64,000 bases of DNA from Mobula hypostoma (Eukaryota), in the NCBI RefSeq assembly GCF_963921235.1, contig NC_086097.1:44580001-44644000 (forward strand), given 5' to 3'. This document shows positions 41,801 through 51,662 of this stretch, in pieces. Under the pieces are notes generated by a model, which was not told the origin of the DNA, made no database searches, and worked only from the letters and a program-made list of their open reading frames with translations. The first letter of the stretch is position 1, and each line of letters opens with the position of its first letter. The position numbers were made by a program, and so were the translations under genes.

Positions 41801-44800
41801 AGTAACCACCCAGAATCCCCTGGGAAAAGAAAGAAATGACGCAGTTAAAAAGAAAGTTTAGCAGCCATATTAAGAAATCGAAAGTAAACTTTTCTGCCCA
41901 AATAGGGCACAGAAAAGTTAAAACCAACCAATTCACAGCCTCCGATCAACGGAGAAAATTAAAAAAAGGCAATTAAGATGTTGAAGATGAAAGTTGATCC
42001 AGATAACTCTGGGCATCCGATGGAGAATCAAAAAAACGAAGAGCTCCATCTAACATGCGAATCCTTAGACGTGCAGGGTACAGCAGCGCTGGTCTTAAAT
42101 CCATCTTATAGAATTCCGACATCACGGATCTGTAACGGACCCGTTGGTCCCAAATTGGTTTACTGAAATCTTCCACGAATCGGAACTTAAGATCCGAAAA
42201 ATCAATGAAACCTTTAGATCGAGCGAATCGGAACAGTCTCTCCTTGTCTTGAAAGTAATGAAAACGTAAGATAACATGCCTAGGTCTATCTGACCTAGAC
42301 GAGTATGATGGGATTCTGTGAACACGATCCAGTAGCGGTGGTTGGTCAGGAAATACAGTAGGGAATGCATCTTTTAAAAGTTGGGAGAAATATTTCATAG
42401 GGTTGTTAGCTTCCACGGCTTCCCTGACGCCAATCATTCGTAAATTCTGCCGTCGCATTCTAGATTCCAAGTCAGAGTTTTTAAAAGTCAAAAAGTCAAG
42501 TTTCTTCTTCATTACATTAATTGTTTCTTCGACTTTCCCCATCTTAAGCTCACTTTGTTGCGCGGATTTTTGAAGACCAGATATAGCCGACTGATGTTCC
42601 GCAATACATGTTTGCATCTTATCAATTAAATCGGCAATTTTCTGGAACTTAGTTGAGATTTCCATATGAATCAGGTCTTTAACAGAGCCCATAATTTCTG
42701 TACGAATCATCTCCCTAACAGAGGTTGAAATTTCCCTCTGAATTAACTCCGATATAGCTTTCAAAGTCACCGGTGATTCAGTCGGAGGGAGATCCGTAGC
42801 TTTCGGTTTAACCGGAGGTTTACCATCCTTGCCGTCTTTCCCGTTCTTAGACATAGCCGATCTCAGTATCATCCAATTGTCAGAGAATTCAGTTTAATTC
42901 AAAGTATTGTAAAAATTGATGCCTTAATAGTTAATTAAAGTATAGCTGACCATAGAGAGAAAAAACTCAGAGGTAATGGAGCGAGTCAAGAACGCGACTT
43001 CACTCCATGAGCGCTACCGGAAGTCTCCGATCGTTGCTTCCTAAACCTCATGTATGCTGCTGCCTTCCACCTGACTAGATTTTCCACCTCACTTGTCACC
43101 CATGGTTTCTCCACCCTACCATTTTTTATCTTCCTCACTGGGACAAATTTATGCCTAACATCCTGCAAGAGATCTCTAAACATCGACCACATGTCCATAG
43201 TACATTTCCCTGCAAAAACATCATCCCAATTCACACCCGCAAGTTCTAGCCTTATAGCCTCATAATTTGCCTTTCCCCAATTAAAAATTTTCCTGTCCTC
43301 TCTGATTCTATCCTTTTCCACGATAATGGTAAAGGCCAGGGAGCGGTGCTCACTGTCCCCCAGATGCTCACCCACTGAGAGATCTGTGAGCATCCTGGTT
43401 CATTACCTAGTACTAGATCTAGTATGGCATTCCCCCTGGTCGGCCTGTCCACATACTGTGACAGGAATCCGTCCTGGACACACTTAACAAACTCTGCCCC
43501 ATCTAAACCCTTGGAACTAATCAGGTGCCAATCAATATTAGGGAAGTTAAAGTCACCCATGATAACAACCCTGTTATTTTTGTACCTTTCCAAAATCTCC
43601 CTCCCAATCTGCTCCTCTGTATCTCTGCTGCTACCAGGAGGCCTATAGAATACCCCCAATAGAGTAACTGCTCCCTTCCTGTTCCTGACTTCCATCCATA
43701 TTGACTCAAAAGAGGATCCTGCTACATTACCCACCCTTTCTGTAGCTGTAATAGTATCTCTGACCAGTAATGCCACCCCTCCTCCCCTTTTTCCGCCCTC
43801 TCTATCCCTTTTAAAGCAGTGAAATCCAGGAATATTGAGAATCCATTCCTGCCCTGGTGCCAGCCAAGTCTCTGTAATGGCCACTACATCATAATTCCAT
43901 GTATGTATCCAAGCTCTCAGTTCATCACCTTTGAACCTGATGCTTCTTGCATTGAGGTACACACATTTCAGCCCTTCTACCTTACTGTCTTTACACTATT
44001 TATTCTGCTTTTGGGCAGACAAAAGTGCATCTTACATGGAGATAATGATTTTCCAAAAGCTAAAGCCTTCTCACCATCCTGTTCAGCTGTGATAACACTT
44101 TGAAGGAACGATGTACTTGTACTTTTTGGTCCCTCTGAATACAACACTCCCCAGTGCTGGGAAAGCCTTATTCTGGTTTAATTTTGTAAAATGCACACTT
44201 TGCAGTCACTGAATTAAACTCTGTTAGCCATTCCTCAGCCCATTTGTCTGGCTGATCAAGACCCCTCCCCTTGAAATTTTTGGTAATTTTCCTCACTGTC
44301 TGTGATGCCAGGTATTTTAGTGTCATATTCAGTCTTACTAATCATGCTTTGTACATTCTTATCCAAATTGTGGATAAGGTTGATTAACCAGTGGCTCCAT
44401 ATCCCTCTTGATAAGCTTTTTGGTTAGTTTTTAAAAGAGCTGGATCATATTCATAAAAATAAGACTCTGAAATAGGTCAGCTCAATCTGTGTTTTGGATC
44501 TAATTAGCGTACAGTTTGTGAATTGCAAGTGCCGGGGGGGTGCTGTAAGGAAGTTCAGTATAAACTCCTGCCTTTTACTTTCCCTATTTGAGGGAGGTAA
44601 TTGTGTGAGGGACAGATATTGTGCAGGTGCTGGCCATCAGTTGTGTGCCTTTTATGAAGCTAAGATGAGCACAGAAATGTTTTTAAAAACTCTTTGGAGA
44701 AATCCTCAATCTTTAAAGACTGCTAATTTGAGTGCTTCACACACTGATGTATGATGTAAATAGGCACTTGACCAGTGAGATGTCTGTGTCCTGTCATGGG

Positions 44801-47800
44801 TACATAGCAATTTAAATATTGAAAATTCTGGTAATTTAGGCACCAGTTTTGGGATTTGGTTAAGTTGCATCTGGCAGGTCCACTTGCAAGTTATTTTGCT
44901 GGTTAGTATCTCACTGTTATTGCTTCTATTTATAGATGGTGAGGTAGTTGTGAGCAGATGAGATGACTTTTCAGCAGGATTTCATGATTGTCTTATTGTG
45001 CATCCCTGGGAACTGCCCATAGACCAAAGAGTACTCAGTTATCAGCAGCTCAGCATGAATTTTGTCACGGACATTTGCATCCTTCTCCAGCCTGCATTGT
45101 CAAATACACTTGACGTGAAGGTGGACGATGGTTTCTTCCTCAATGGAGCTGTTTCGAGGGCTGCATGCTTTATGAATGAGATTCCAACCTTTCAAGATGG
45201 ATCTTACTGGGAGGGCTAAATAAATGAGTTTTCTGGTTTTGGAAAACAATCAGGAAATTCTAAGGAAACTTGGGGTGGGGATAGAGAACCATTCCAAAGA
45301 ATTTGTTGTGTCATCCTCCTGCAGGGCCTGCATGATGTTTGGTGTCAATCACTACTTGTTGGACTCAAGGTCAAACATTTTCATTTTCTGCCGAAGCTTT
45401 TCTACAAAGAGTGTGTTGTGTCGTAACATCCAATAGACTTGAACACTGATGTGCTGGTATGAGACCAGGCTCACCCTTTATACCACTGGTTGGAGACGGG
45501 CAAAATCACAGCAGAAAGTAACATGTAATGTTTGCATACTCAAGATGAAGTTCGGTTTATTGTCATTCAACTGCACACTACCAAAACAATGTTCTTCTGG
45601 ACCAAGGTGCACAACACATTCATATATCTCACACATGTAACATATAAAGTAATATTACTACAAATAAGTTAACAAATGGTAAAGTCATTCACAACACGAG
45701 TTGTAAAGAAAACTGTAACACTACTGGTGCTTCATACATGATGAGACCTCCTGGGTCTGGCATGGAGTCCAGCAGTCTTGTTGTCTGCAGGAATAAGCTG
45801 TTAGAGTGCTCTTCACGGTACAGCTGCAGGAATTTGTGAGTGACTTTGGTGACACTCAAGAATCTTTAAGAACTGCTTATTTGAGTGTTTCAAACCTTAA
45901 CATTGATGTATGATATAATTAGGCACTAGACCAAAGATGTGTGTGTAGGGCAATTTAAATATTGAAAAGTCCAGGAATATAGCACCAGTTTTTTTGGATT
46001 TGCTTAAGGTACATCTGGCAGACTCGCTTCCATGCAAGTTATTTTGCCGTTTAGTATCTCAACATTACTGCTTCTGTTATAGATAGATGGTTGTGATATT
46101 CACGATGAACCGCATCCATACGATTGTCAAATGTGTGCTTTTCTTCTACAGATCTTGGAATTGATATTGATATATAGTGAGAAATAATTACTTTTACTTT
46201 TGGACAGGCAAAAATGTGCTTGTGTTGAAAGGGGGAATAAAATCATTCAGGGCCCCAGACAGTCCTTCCAGGTGAGGCGACACTTCACCTGTGAGTCGGC
46301 TGGGGTGATGTACTGCGTCCGGTGCTCCCGATGTAGCCTTCTATATATTGGCGAGACCCGACGCAGACTGGAAGACTGCTTTGCTGAACACCTACGCTCT
46401 GTCTGCTAGAGAAAGCAGGATCTCCCAGTGGCCACACATTTTAATTCCACATCCCATTCCCACTCTCACATGTCTATCCACAGCCTCCTCTACTGTAAAG
46501 ATGAAGCCACACTCAGGTTGGAGGAACAACACCTTATATTCCATCTGGGTAGCCTCCAACCTGATGGCATGAATGTCGACTTCTCTAACTTCCGCTAATG
46601 CCCCACCTCCCCCTCGTACCCCATCTGTTATTTATTTTTATACACACATTCTTTCTCTCACTCTCCTTTTTCTCCCTCTGTCCCTCTGACTATACCCCTT
46701 GCCCATCCTCTGGGTTCCCCCCGCCCTTTGTCTTTCTCCCTGGGCCTCCTGTCCCATGATCCTCTCATATCCCCTTGGCCAATCACCTGTCCAGCTCTTG
46801 GCTCCATCCCTCCCCCTCCTGTCTTCTCCTATCATTTTGGATCTCCCCCTCCCCCTCCCACTTTCAAATCTTACTAACTCTTCCTTCAGTTAGTCCTGAT
46901 GAAGGGTCTCGGCCTGAAACGTCAACTGTACCTCTTCCTAGAGATGCTGCCTGGCCTGCTGCATTCACCAGCAACTTTGATGTGTGTTGCTTGAATTTCC
47001 AGCATCTGCAGAATTCCTGTTTGCGTTTTTAAAATTCACTACTGCGAAGCCTCTTCTGGTGATGCCTACACCGAAGAAGTTTAGATCCTCTCTTTGACGG
47101 GAGTTCAGTGAAACCATCTCCCACTGCTCCCCATCTGTAATTTCTTCGGCTCTTCAACTTTTCGACCACATTTTGACTCACTCGCTATCACAGCCATATA
47201 TCCTTCCTTGGAACGTGCCTCTGTCACCAACTTACTCCAGTTGGCTTTAGGATTCGTCTCAATTTGGACCTTCTGAGGATCCCAGGTACTCACATTTTCT
47301 TGACTCTACCTCTCGTCGCTTCTCCCGTCTGAAGGCGACTCTCTCCGCCATGAGGAGGTATTTGGTGTCCCTATCCCAGACCTCTCCACACCTTCGGGAC
47401 ACTTTCTTCGCCGTCTGTAATGGTCCTACCCGTTATTTCATCCTCCGTCGGATTCACACCTGCAATCCGTCGTTTTTTTGACTTTGTCGTGTTAGGCAAA
47501 GATCGCAAGATCCTTCATCTATGGACTCCAGAGCCTGCTGGCCATGAAACTAGCAGGCATGAACTTCAGATTGCGGCCCTGCCATTGATCTCACTGGCTC
47601 CAACACCGCAGGGCATATTCAAAACTCGGACTCCAGCAACGACCATGGACACATTCAAAGTGATTACGCAACCACCAACTGCGACTCCAGCCTTGAACTC
47701 CAGACCGGGTCTTTATTGCTGCTATTGTGACTCCCGTCTCCCCTTCCCCCACCACCACTCTGCAACCCTGTCTCCCTCAGATCCCACCGTCAGCTCCTGG

Positions 47801-50800
47801 GTCCTCAGAAGCTCCACCTTCCTCTCACCCCAACCCTCCCCTCTCCACTGACACTCCCAGCCTCCTCTCCTCCTCCCCCCCCACCCGATCCCAACTCTCA
47901 TCTGTGCCGGGTCTTTACCATCCCCTCTGACCTTCAACTGTTGGAGGCAGAACGCTCTGTTCTCAGTAAGGGCCTCACCTTCATCCCCCTTCGCCCACAC
48001 CTCAGCGAGTTCCGTGTTCGCCATGATGCGGAACTCCTCTTTCTCCGTCTCCGAGCCTACTTCTTCGGCAAGGACTCTTCTACCCCCACCGATGACCCCT
48101 TCTCCCGTCTTCAACCCTCCTCCTCTTCATGGACACCCCGCTCTGGTCTTCTGCCTGCTCTGGATCTCTTTATCGCTAACTGCTGACGGGACATCAACCG
48201 TCTCGACTTCACCGCACCTTGTTCCCATTCCAACCTCACTCCTTCCGAACGCTCTGCTCTCCACTCCCTCCGCACTAATCCTAACCTTATTATTAAACCT
48301 GCTGATAAGGGGAGTGCTGTTGTAGTCTGGCGTACTGACCTCTACCTTGCCGAGGCACAGCGACAACTCGTGGATACCTCCTCTTATTTACCCCTCGATC
48401 GTGACCCCAGTAAGGAACACCAGGCCATTGTCTCCCACACCATCACCAAATTTATCCGCTCAGGGGATCTCCCATCCACTGCTACCAACCTTATAGTTAC
48501 CACACCTCGCACTTCCTGTTTCTAACTCCTACCCAAGATCCACAATCCTGCCTGTCCTGGCAGACCTATTGTCTCAGCTTGCTCCTGCCCCACCGAACTC
48601 GTTTCTGCAGACCTCGACACTGTTTTATCCTCCCTTGTTCAATCCCTTCCGACCTATGTTCGTGACACTTCTCACGCTCTTAAACTTTTCGATGATTTTA
48701 AGTTTCCTGGCCCCCACCACTTTATTTTCACCATGGATGTCCAGTCCCTATATACTTCCATCCCCCATCAGGAAGGTCTCAAAGCTCTCCGCTTCTTTTT
48801 GGATTCCAGACCTAACCAGTTCCCCTCTACCACCACTCTGCTCCGTCTAGTGAAATTAGTCCTTGCACTTAATAATTTCTCCTTTGGCTCCTCCCACTTC
48901 CTCCAAACTAAAGGTGTAGCTATGGGCACCCGTATGGGTCCTAGCTATGCCTGCCTTTTTGTTGGCTTTGTGGAACAATCTATTCTGGTATCTGTCCCCC
49001 ACTTTTCCTTCGCTACATCGACGACTGCATTGGCGCTGCTTCCTGCATGCATGCTGAGCTCGTTGACTTTATTAACTTTGCCTCCAACTTTCACCCTGCC
49101 CTCAAGTTTACCTGGTCCATTTCCGACACCTCCTTCCCCTTCCTAGATCTTTCTGTCTCTGTCTCTGGAGACAGCTTATCCACTGATGTCTACTATAAGC
49201 CTACTGACTCTCACAGCTATCTGGACTATTCCTCTTCTCACCCTGTTTCTTGCAAAATTGCCATCCCCTTCTCGCAATTCCTCCGTCTCCGCCGCATCTG
49301 CTCTCAGGATGAGGCTTTTCATTCTAGGACGAGGGAGATGTCCTTTTTTAAAGAAAGGGGCTTCCCTTCCTCCACTATCAACTCTGCTGTCAAAACGCAT
49401 CTCCCCCATTTCACATACATCTGCTCTCGCTCCATTCTCCTGCCACCCCACTAGGAATAGGGTTCCCGTGGTCCTCACCTACCACCCCACCAGCCTCCGG
49501 GTCCAACATATTATTCTCCGTAACTTCCGCCACCTCCAACGGGATCCCACCACTAAGCACATCTTTCCCTCCCCCACTCTGCTTTCCGCAGGGATCGCTC
49601 CCTATGCGACTCCCTTGTCCATTCGTCCCCCCCCCCATCCCTCCCCACTGATCTCCCTCCTGGCACTTATCCTTGTAAGCGGAACAAGTGCTACACATGC
49701 CCTTACACTTCCTCCCTTACCAACATTCAGGGCCCCAGGCAGTCCTTCCACGTGAGGTGACACTTCACCTGTGAGTCGGCTGGGGTGATGTACTGCGTCC
49801 GGTGCTCTCCATGTGGCCTTCTATATATTGGCGAGACCCGACGCAGACTGGAAGACTGCTTTGTTGAACATCTACGCTCTGTCTGCCAGAGAAAGCAGGA
49901 TCTCCCAGTGGCCACACATTTTAATTCCACATCCCATTCCCATTCTGACGTGACTATCCACGGCCTCCTCTACTGTAAAGATGAAGCCACACTCAGGTTG
50001 GAGGAACAACACCTTGTATTTCATCTGGGTAGCCTCCAACCTGATGGCATGATCATTGACTTCTCTAACTTCTGCTAATGCCCCACCTCCCCCTCGTACC
50101 CCAGCCATTATTTATTTTTATACACACATTCTTTCTCTCACTCTCCTTTTTCTCCCTCTGTCCCTCTGACTATACCCCTTGCCCATCCTCTGGGGTCCCC
50201 CCCCCCTTTTTGTCTTTCTCCCTGGGCCTCCTGTCCCATGATCCTCTCATATTCCCTTTTGCCAATCACCTGTCCAGCTCTTTGCTCCATCCCTTCCCCT
50301 CTTGTCTTCTCCTAACATTTTGGATCTCCCCCTCCCCCTCCCACTTCCAAATCTCTTACTAACTCTTCCTTCAGTTAGTCCTGACGAAGGGTCTCGGCCC
50401 GAAACGTCGACTGTACCTCTTCCTAGAGATGCTGCCTGGCCTGCTGCATTCACCAGCAACTTTGATGTGTGTTGCTTCAATTTAAGACTGCCTGTCACCT
50501 GTGATTGACGAGGGGAATGACGAGCACTTTCTAAGCATTCACATTTACTGCCATTGATGGATGTAATACTCAATAGTAGATGACAGAAAAGTCCATATGA
50601 TTCCATCCAAAACAAAGCAGCTCTCTTAATTGGTTAGATTGATGTTGTTGTACCTAAATCCTGAAACATGTGACCCATCAAATTCACGGGAGTAATAAAC
50701 AGCACTACATCGAGCATGATTGGTGATAGTTTACGAGAATGTACCAAAGTTTGCATGAAATTAGCTTATGCAAACCTTTTTTTTAAGAAAGTATAACTAA

Positions 50801-51662
50801 TTTTGAGGGCTATTACTGACGAGGGTACAAAAGACAGAATTTGTTTCTAGGTATATTGCTTTACTTATGTTTCATTGTTTAAAATTGTAACATTTATTTA
50901 ACATTTTTTTTGCTTCAGGTTTTTGGATTTTACAAAGGTATTGGTTCACCAATGATGGGTTTGACATTCATCAATGCTATTGTTTTTGGCGTTCAAGGAA
51001 ATGCAATGCGTCATTTGGGTAAGGATACGCCACTTAATCAGTTCCTTGCAGGGGCTGCAGCTGGAGGGATCCAGTGTATCATCTGTTGTCCCATGGAATT
51101 GGCAAAAACAAGGATGCAGCTTCAAGGCATGGGTGAATATCAAGCTAAAAGTAAAGTCTATAAGAATTCACTGGACTGTTTGATTAGAATTTATAGAAAA
51201 CAAGGAATTCGAGGAATCAACAAGGGAATGGTGTCTACCATTATTAGAGAAATACCTGGCTTTGGTTTCTATTTTCTTACCTATGATTGTCTAACCAGGG
51301 CCTTAAACTGTGAACCTGATGATAACTTTGTAATTCCTAAACTCCTCTTTTCTGGTGGTATGTCTGGGATTGTATCTTGGATCTCCACCTATCCCATTGA
51401 TGTGATTAAATCCCGACTGCAGGCTGACGGAGTTGGGGGTAAAAACCAGTACAATGGCATCATGGACTGTATCTATCAGAGCTACAAAAAGGAAGGCTGG
51501 CATGTGTTCACCCGAGGGCTTACCTCTACACTTCTGAGGGCGTTCCCTGTCAATGCTGCTACTTTTGCCACTGTTACACTCTTTCTCATGTACTCAAGGG
51601 CCGATGAGAGTTGCAAGGAGCAGGAGGCTGCCTCAGCAATCCAACAGCCTTCAAGTCTCTAA
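5394..51662 (+). CDS. SLC25A29: Mitochondrial basic amino acids transporter SLC25A29 (CACL/ORNT3); spliced CDS join(5394..5427,23346..23389,25882..25965,50919..51662), 301 aa
   Basis: Exons of 34+44+84+744 bp join in frame across GT-AG introns to give [32 protein letters not shown]...QQPSSL*. It has three mitochondrial-carrier signatures (PFDTVK, PMELAK, PIDVIK). The N-terminus, [20 protein letters not shown] and the exon layout match vertebrate SLC25A29 as I know it. Confidence 0.95.
6510..6980 (+). mobile_element. CR1 LINE 3' fragment
   Basis: [12 protein letters not shown]...[11 protein letters not shown] coding remnant and a CR1-type 3'UTR. Confidence 0.75.
7673..8678. mobile_element. 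PIF/Harbinger-type non-autonomous DNA transposon
   Basis: ~36-bp TIRs starting GG, with a perfect 25-bp core cactacgccggataattttgaaaac; 3-bp TGA TSD (7670-7672, 8679-8681); no transposase. Confidence 0.8.
8943..9159. mobile_element. hAT (Charlie-like) MITE
   Basis: TIRs cagcggtccccaa / ttggggacccctg; 8-bp TSD ccataaag / ctataaag with one mismatch. Confidence 0.75.
10605..10740 (+). mobile_element. Short Penelope pLTR tail fragment with degenerate hammerhead
   Basis: agtcctgatgaaaggtcttggcccaaaatttcaact...gatgctgcctggcctgc...tttccagcatctg. Confidence 0.65.
13790..13960. mobile_element. Short fold-back Penelope-derived element inside a CR1 3' remnant
   Basis: Arms tgctggaagaactca...ggtcagg and cctgacctgctgagttcctccag surround gatgaagggtcttgg. 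Confidence 0.55.
14550..15180 (-). mobile_element. Rex1/Babar-like LINE 3' fragment
   Basis: Minus-strand [17 protein letters not shown] and [10 protein letters not shown] motifs. Confidence 0.65.
17412..18807. mobile_element. Tigger/pogo-like non-autonomous DNA element with a nested Rex-like LINE fragment (17838-~18400, +)
   Basis: TA-flanked TIRs caagttgagtacctcttatc / gataagggggactcaacctg; the insert encodes [19 protein letters not shown]...[10 protein letters not shown]. Confidence 0.7.
19819..20540. mobile_element. Tigger/Tc-mariner-type non-autonomous DNA element
   Basis: TA-flanked imperfect TIRs cagtggattctggttaa / ttaaccaaaatccagttctg; an internal segment recurs at ~58900-59090. 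Confidence 0.65.
21985..22510 (+). mobile_element. Solo Penelope-like pseudo-LTR (older subfamily)
   Basis: HGCLLC...[18 protein letters not shown] coding end, CT-rich tract, decayed hammerhead at ~22380-22413, tttccagcatctgcaga end. Confidence 0.75.
23346..23389 (+). CDS. SLC25A29: SLC25A29 coding exon 2 ([15 protein letters not shown])
   Basis: Polypyrimidine tract and tgcAG acceptor, AAG|GTGAGT donor; phase matches exon 1. Confidence 0.95.
24575..24905. mobile_element. Fold-back Penelope-derived element
   Basis: Arms gctggaagaactgagcaggttaagcagcatctgtggaggcaaa and tttgcctctgcagatgccgtttgacctgctgagttcctctac flank a purine/pyrimidine spacer. Confidence 0.6.
25882..25965 (+). CDS. SLC25A29: SLC25A29 coding exon 3 ([28 protein letters not shown])
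   Basis: ttttctAG acceptor, TCT|GTAAGT donor, phase 0 at both ends; carrier motif RYxGxxxC. Confidence 0.95.
27782..29107 (-). mobile_element. Degenerate Tc1-like transposon
   Basis: Minus-strand frames give [20 protein letters not shown] and [13 protein letters not shown] ggggctgaatactttttcaaggcactg|TA at the right end; left end decayed. Confidence 0.85.
29333..32732 (+). mobile_element. 5'-truncated CR1 LINE (ORF1 SGNH-like tail plus ORF2 EN-RT), frameshifted, with an internal deletion
   Basis: [60 protein letters not shown] and [11 protein letters not shown]1-type 3' end. Confidence 0.93.
32960..33750 (-). mobile_element. Rex1/Babar-like LINE fragment
   Basis: Minus-strand [11 protein letters not shown] and [13 protein letters not shown] motifs plus the family 3' end. 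Confidence 0.6.
37474..41251 (-). CDS. L1 ORF2p (APE endonuclease + RT + CCHC), about 1258 aa if the single +1 frameshift in the A10 run at 40432-40441 is corrected
   Basis: [62 protein letters not shown] track 40424..41359 plus 37474..40455. Confidence 0.92.
41973..42872 (-). CDS. L1 ORF1p (coiled coil + RRM + CTD), uninterrupted
   Basis: [33 protein letters not shown] and LLYPARLRI motifs. Confidence 0.9.
   Translation of the reverse strand: MILRSAMSKNGKDGKDGKPPVKPKATDLPPTESPVTLKAISELIQREISTSVREMIRTEIMGSVKDLIHMEISTKFQKIADLIDKMQTCIAEHQSAISGLQKSAQQSELKMGKVEETINVMKKKLDFLTFKNSDLESRMRRQNLRMIGVREAVEANNPMKYFSQLLKDAFPTVFPDQPPLLDRVHRIPSYSSRSDRPRHVILRFHYFQDKERLFRFARSKGFIDFSDLKFRFVEDFSKPIWDQRVRYRSVMSEFYKMDLRPALLYPARLRIRMLDGALRFFDSPSDAQSYLDQLSSSTS
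44706..46092 (+). repeat. Diverged direct duplication of about 240 bp (44706-44942 vs 45857-46092)
   Basis: Collinear shared blocks: tgatgtatgat, taggcact, gcaatttaaatattgaaaa, gcaccagtttt, catctggcag, gcaagttattttgc, tagtatctca, tagatggt. Confidence 0.8.
46892..46927 (+). ncRNA. Minimal hammerhead motif in the upstream pLTR; core intact, two substitutions in the helices
   Basis: AGTC-CTGATGA-A-GGGTC-TC-GGCCT-GAAAC-GTC-AACT. Confidence 0.65.
50377..50412 (+). ncRNA. Minimal type I hammerhead ribozyme motif, intact; predicted cleavage after C50408
   Basis: AGTC-CTGACGA-A-GGGTC-TC-GGCCC-GAAAC-GTC-GACT: conserved core, stem II, stem I AGTC/GACT, and palindromic ACGT in place of stem III. Confidence 0.8.
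50919..51662 (+). CDS. SLC25A29: SLC25A29 coding exon 4 (VFGFYKG...QPSSL*)
   Basis: T-tract and ttcAG acceptor at 50917-50918; ORF track 50910..51662 covers carrier repeats 2 and 3. Confidence 0.96.
   Translation, partial: VFGFYKGIGSPMMGLTFINAIVFGVQGNAMRHLGKDTPLNQFLAGAAAGGIQCIICCPMELAKTRMQLQGMGEYQAKSKVYKNSLDCLIRIYRKQGIRGINKGMVSTIIREIPGFGFYFLTYDCLTRALNCEPDDNFVIPKLLFSGGMSGIVSWISTYPIDVIKSRLQADGVGGKNQYNGIMDCIYQSYKKEGWHVFTRGLTSTLLRAFPVNAATFATVTLFLMYSRADESCKEQEAASAIQQPSSL

Larger units (their letters stand above)
37117..43028 (-). mobile_element. Full-length L1-clade LINE, 5.9 kb
   Basis: 14-bp TSD gatcgttgcttcct (37103-37116, 43029-43042); 5' end GGAGACTTCCGG; ORF1 and ORF2; 3' AATAAA plus an AAAG-rich tail. 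Confidence 0.96.
35196..44005 (-). mobile_element. CR1 LINE ORF2 (EN-RT), frameshifted, split by the L1 insertion at 37117-43028
   Basis: EN (YLNARS, AITETWL, GDFN; 43252-43962), linker (42986-43393), RT and C-terminus (35356-36958) are collinear on both sides of the L1. Confidence 0.93.
46244..50483 (+). mobile_element. Full-length Penelope-like retroelement (Neptune-type) with direct pseudo-LTRs (46244-~46998, 49724-50483); ORF broken
   Basis: RT motifs ([50 protein letters not shown]), Cys linker [16 protein letters not shown] ([20 protein letters not shown]); ~750-bp terminal direct repeats; several stops and frameshifts. Confidence 0.95.

Noticed and set aside
44990..45500. Possible Tx1-like LINE remnant on the minus strand (similar hints at ~1200-1620)
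   Set aside because: Too decayed to call without a profile search
50910..50918. ORF-track start 'MLQ' of the 250-aa ORF
   Set aside because: It is a TTG inside the intron's acceptor region; the real frame enters by splicing at 50919
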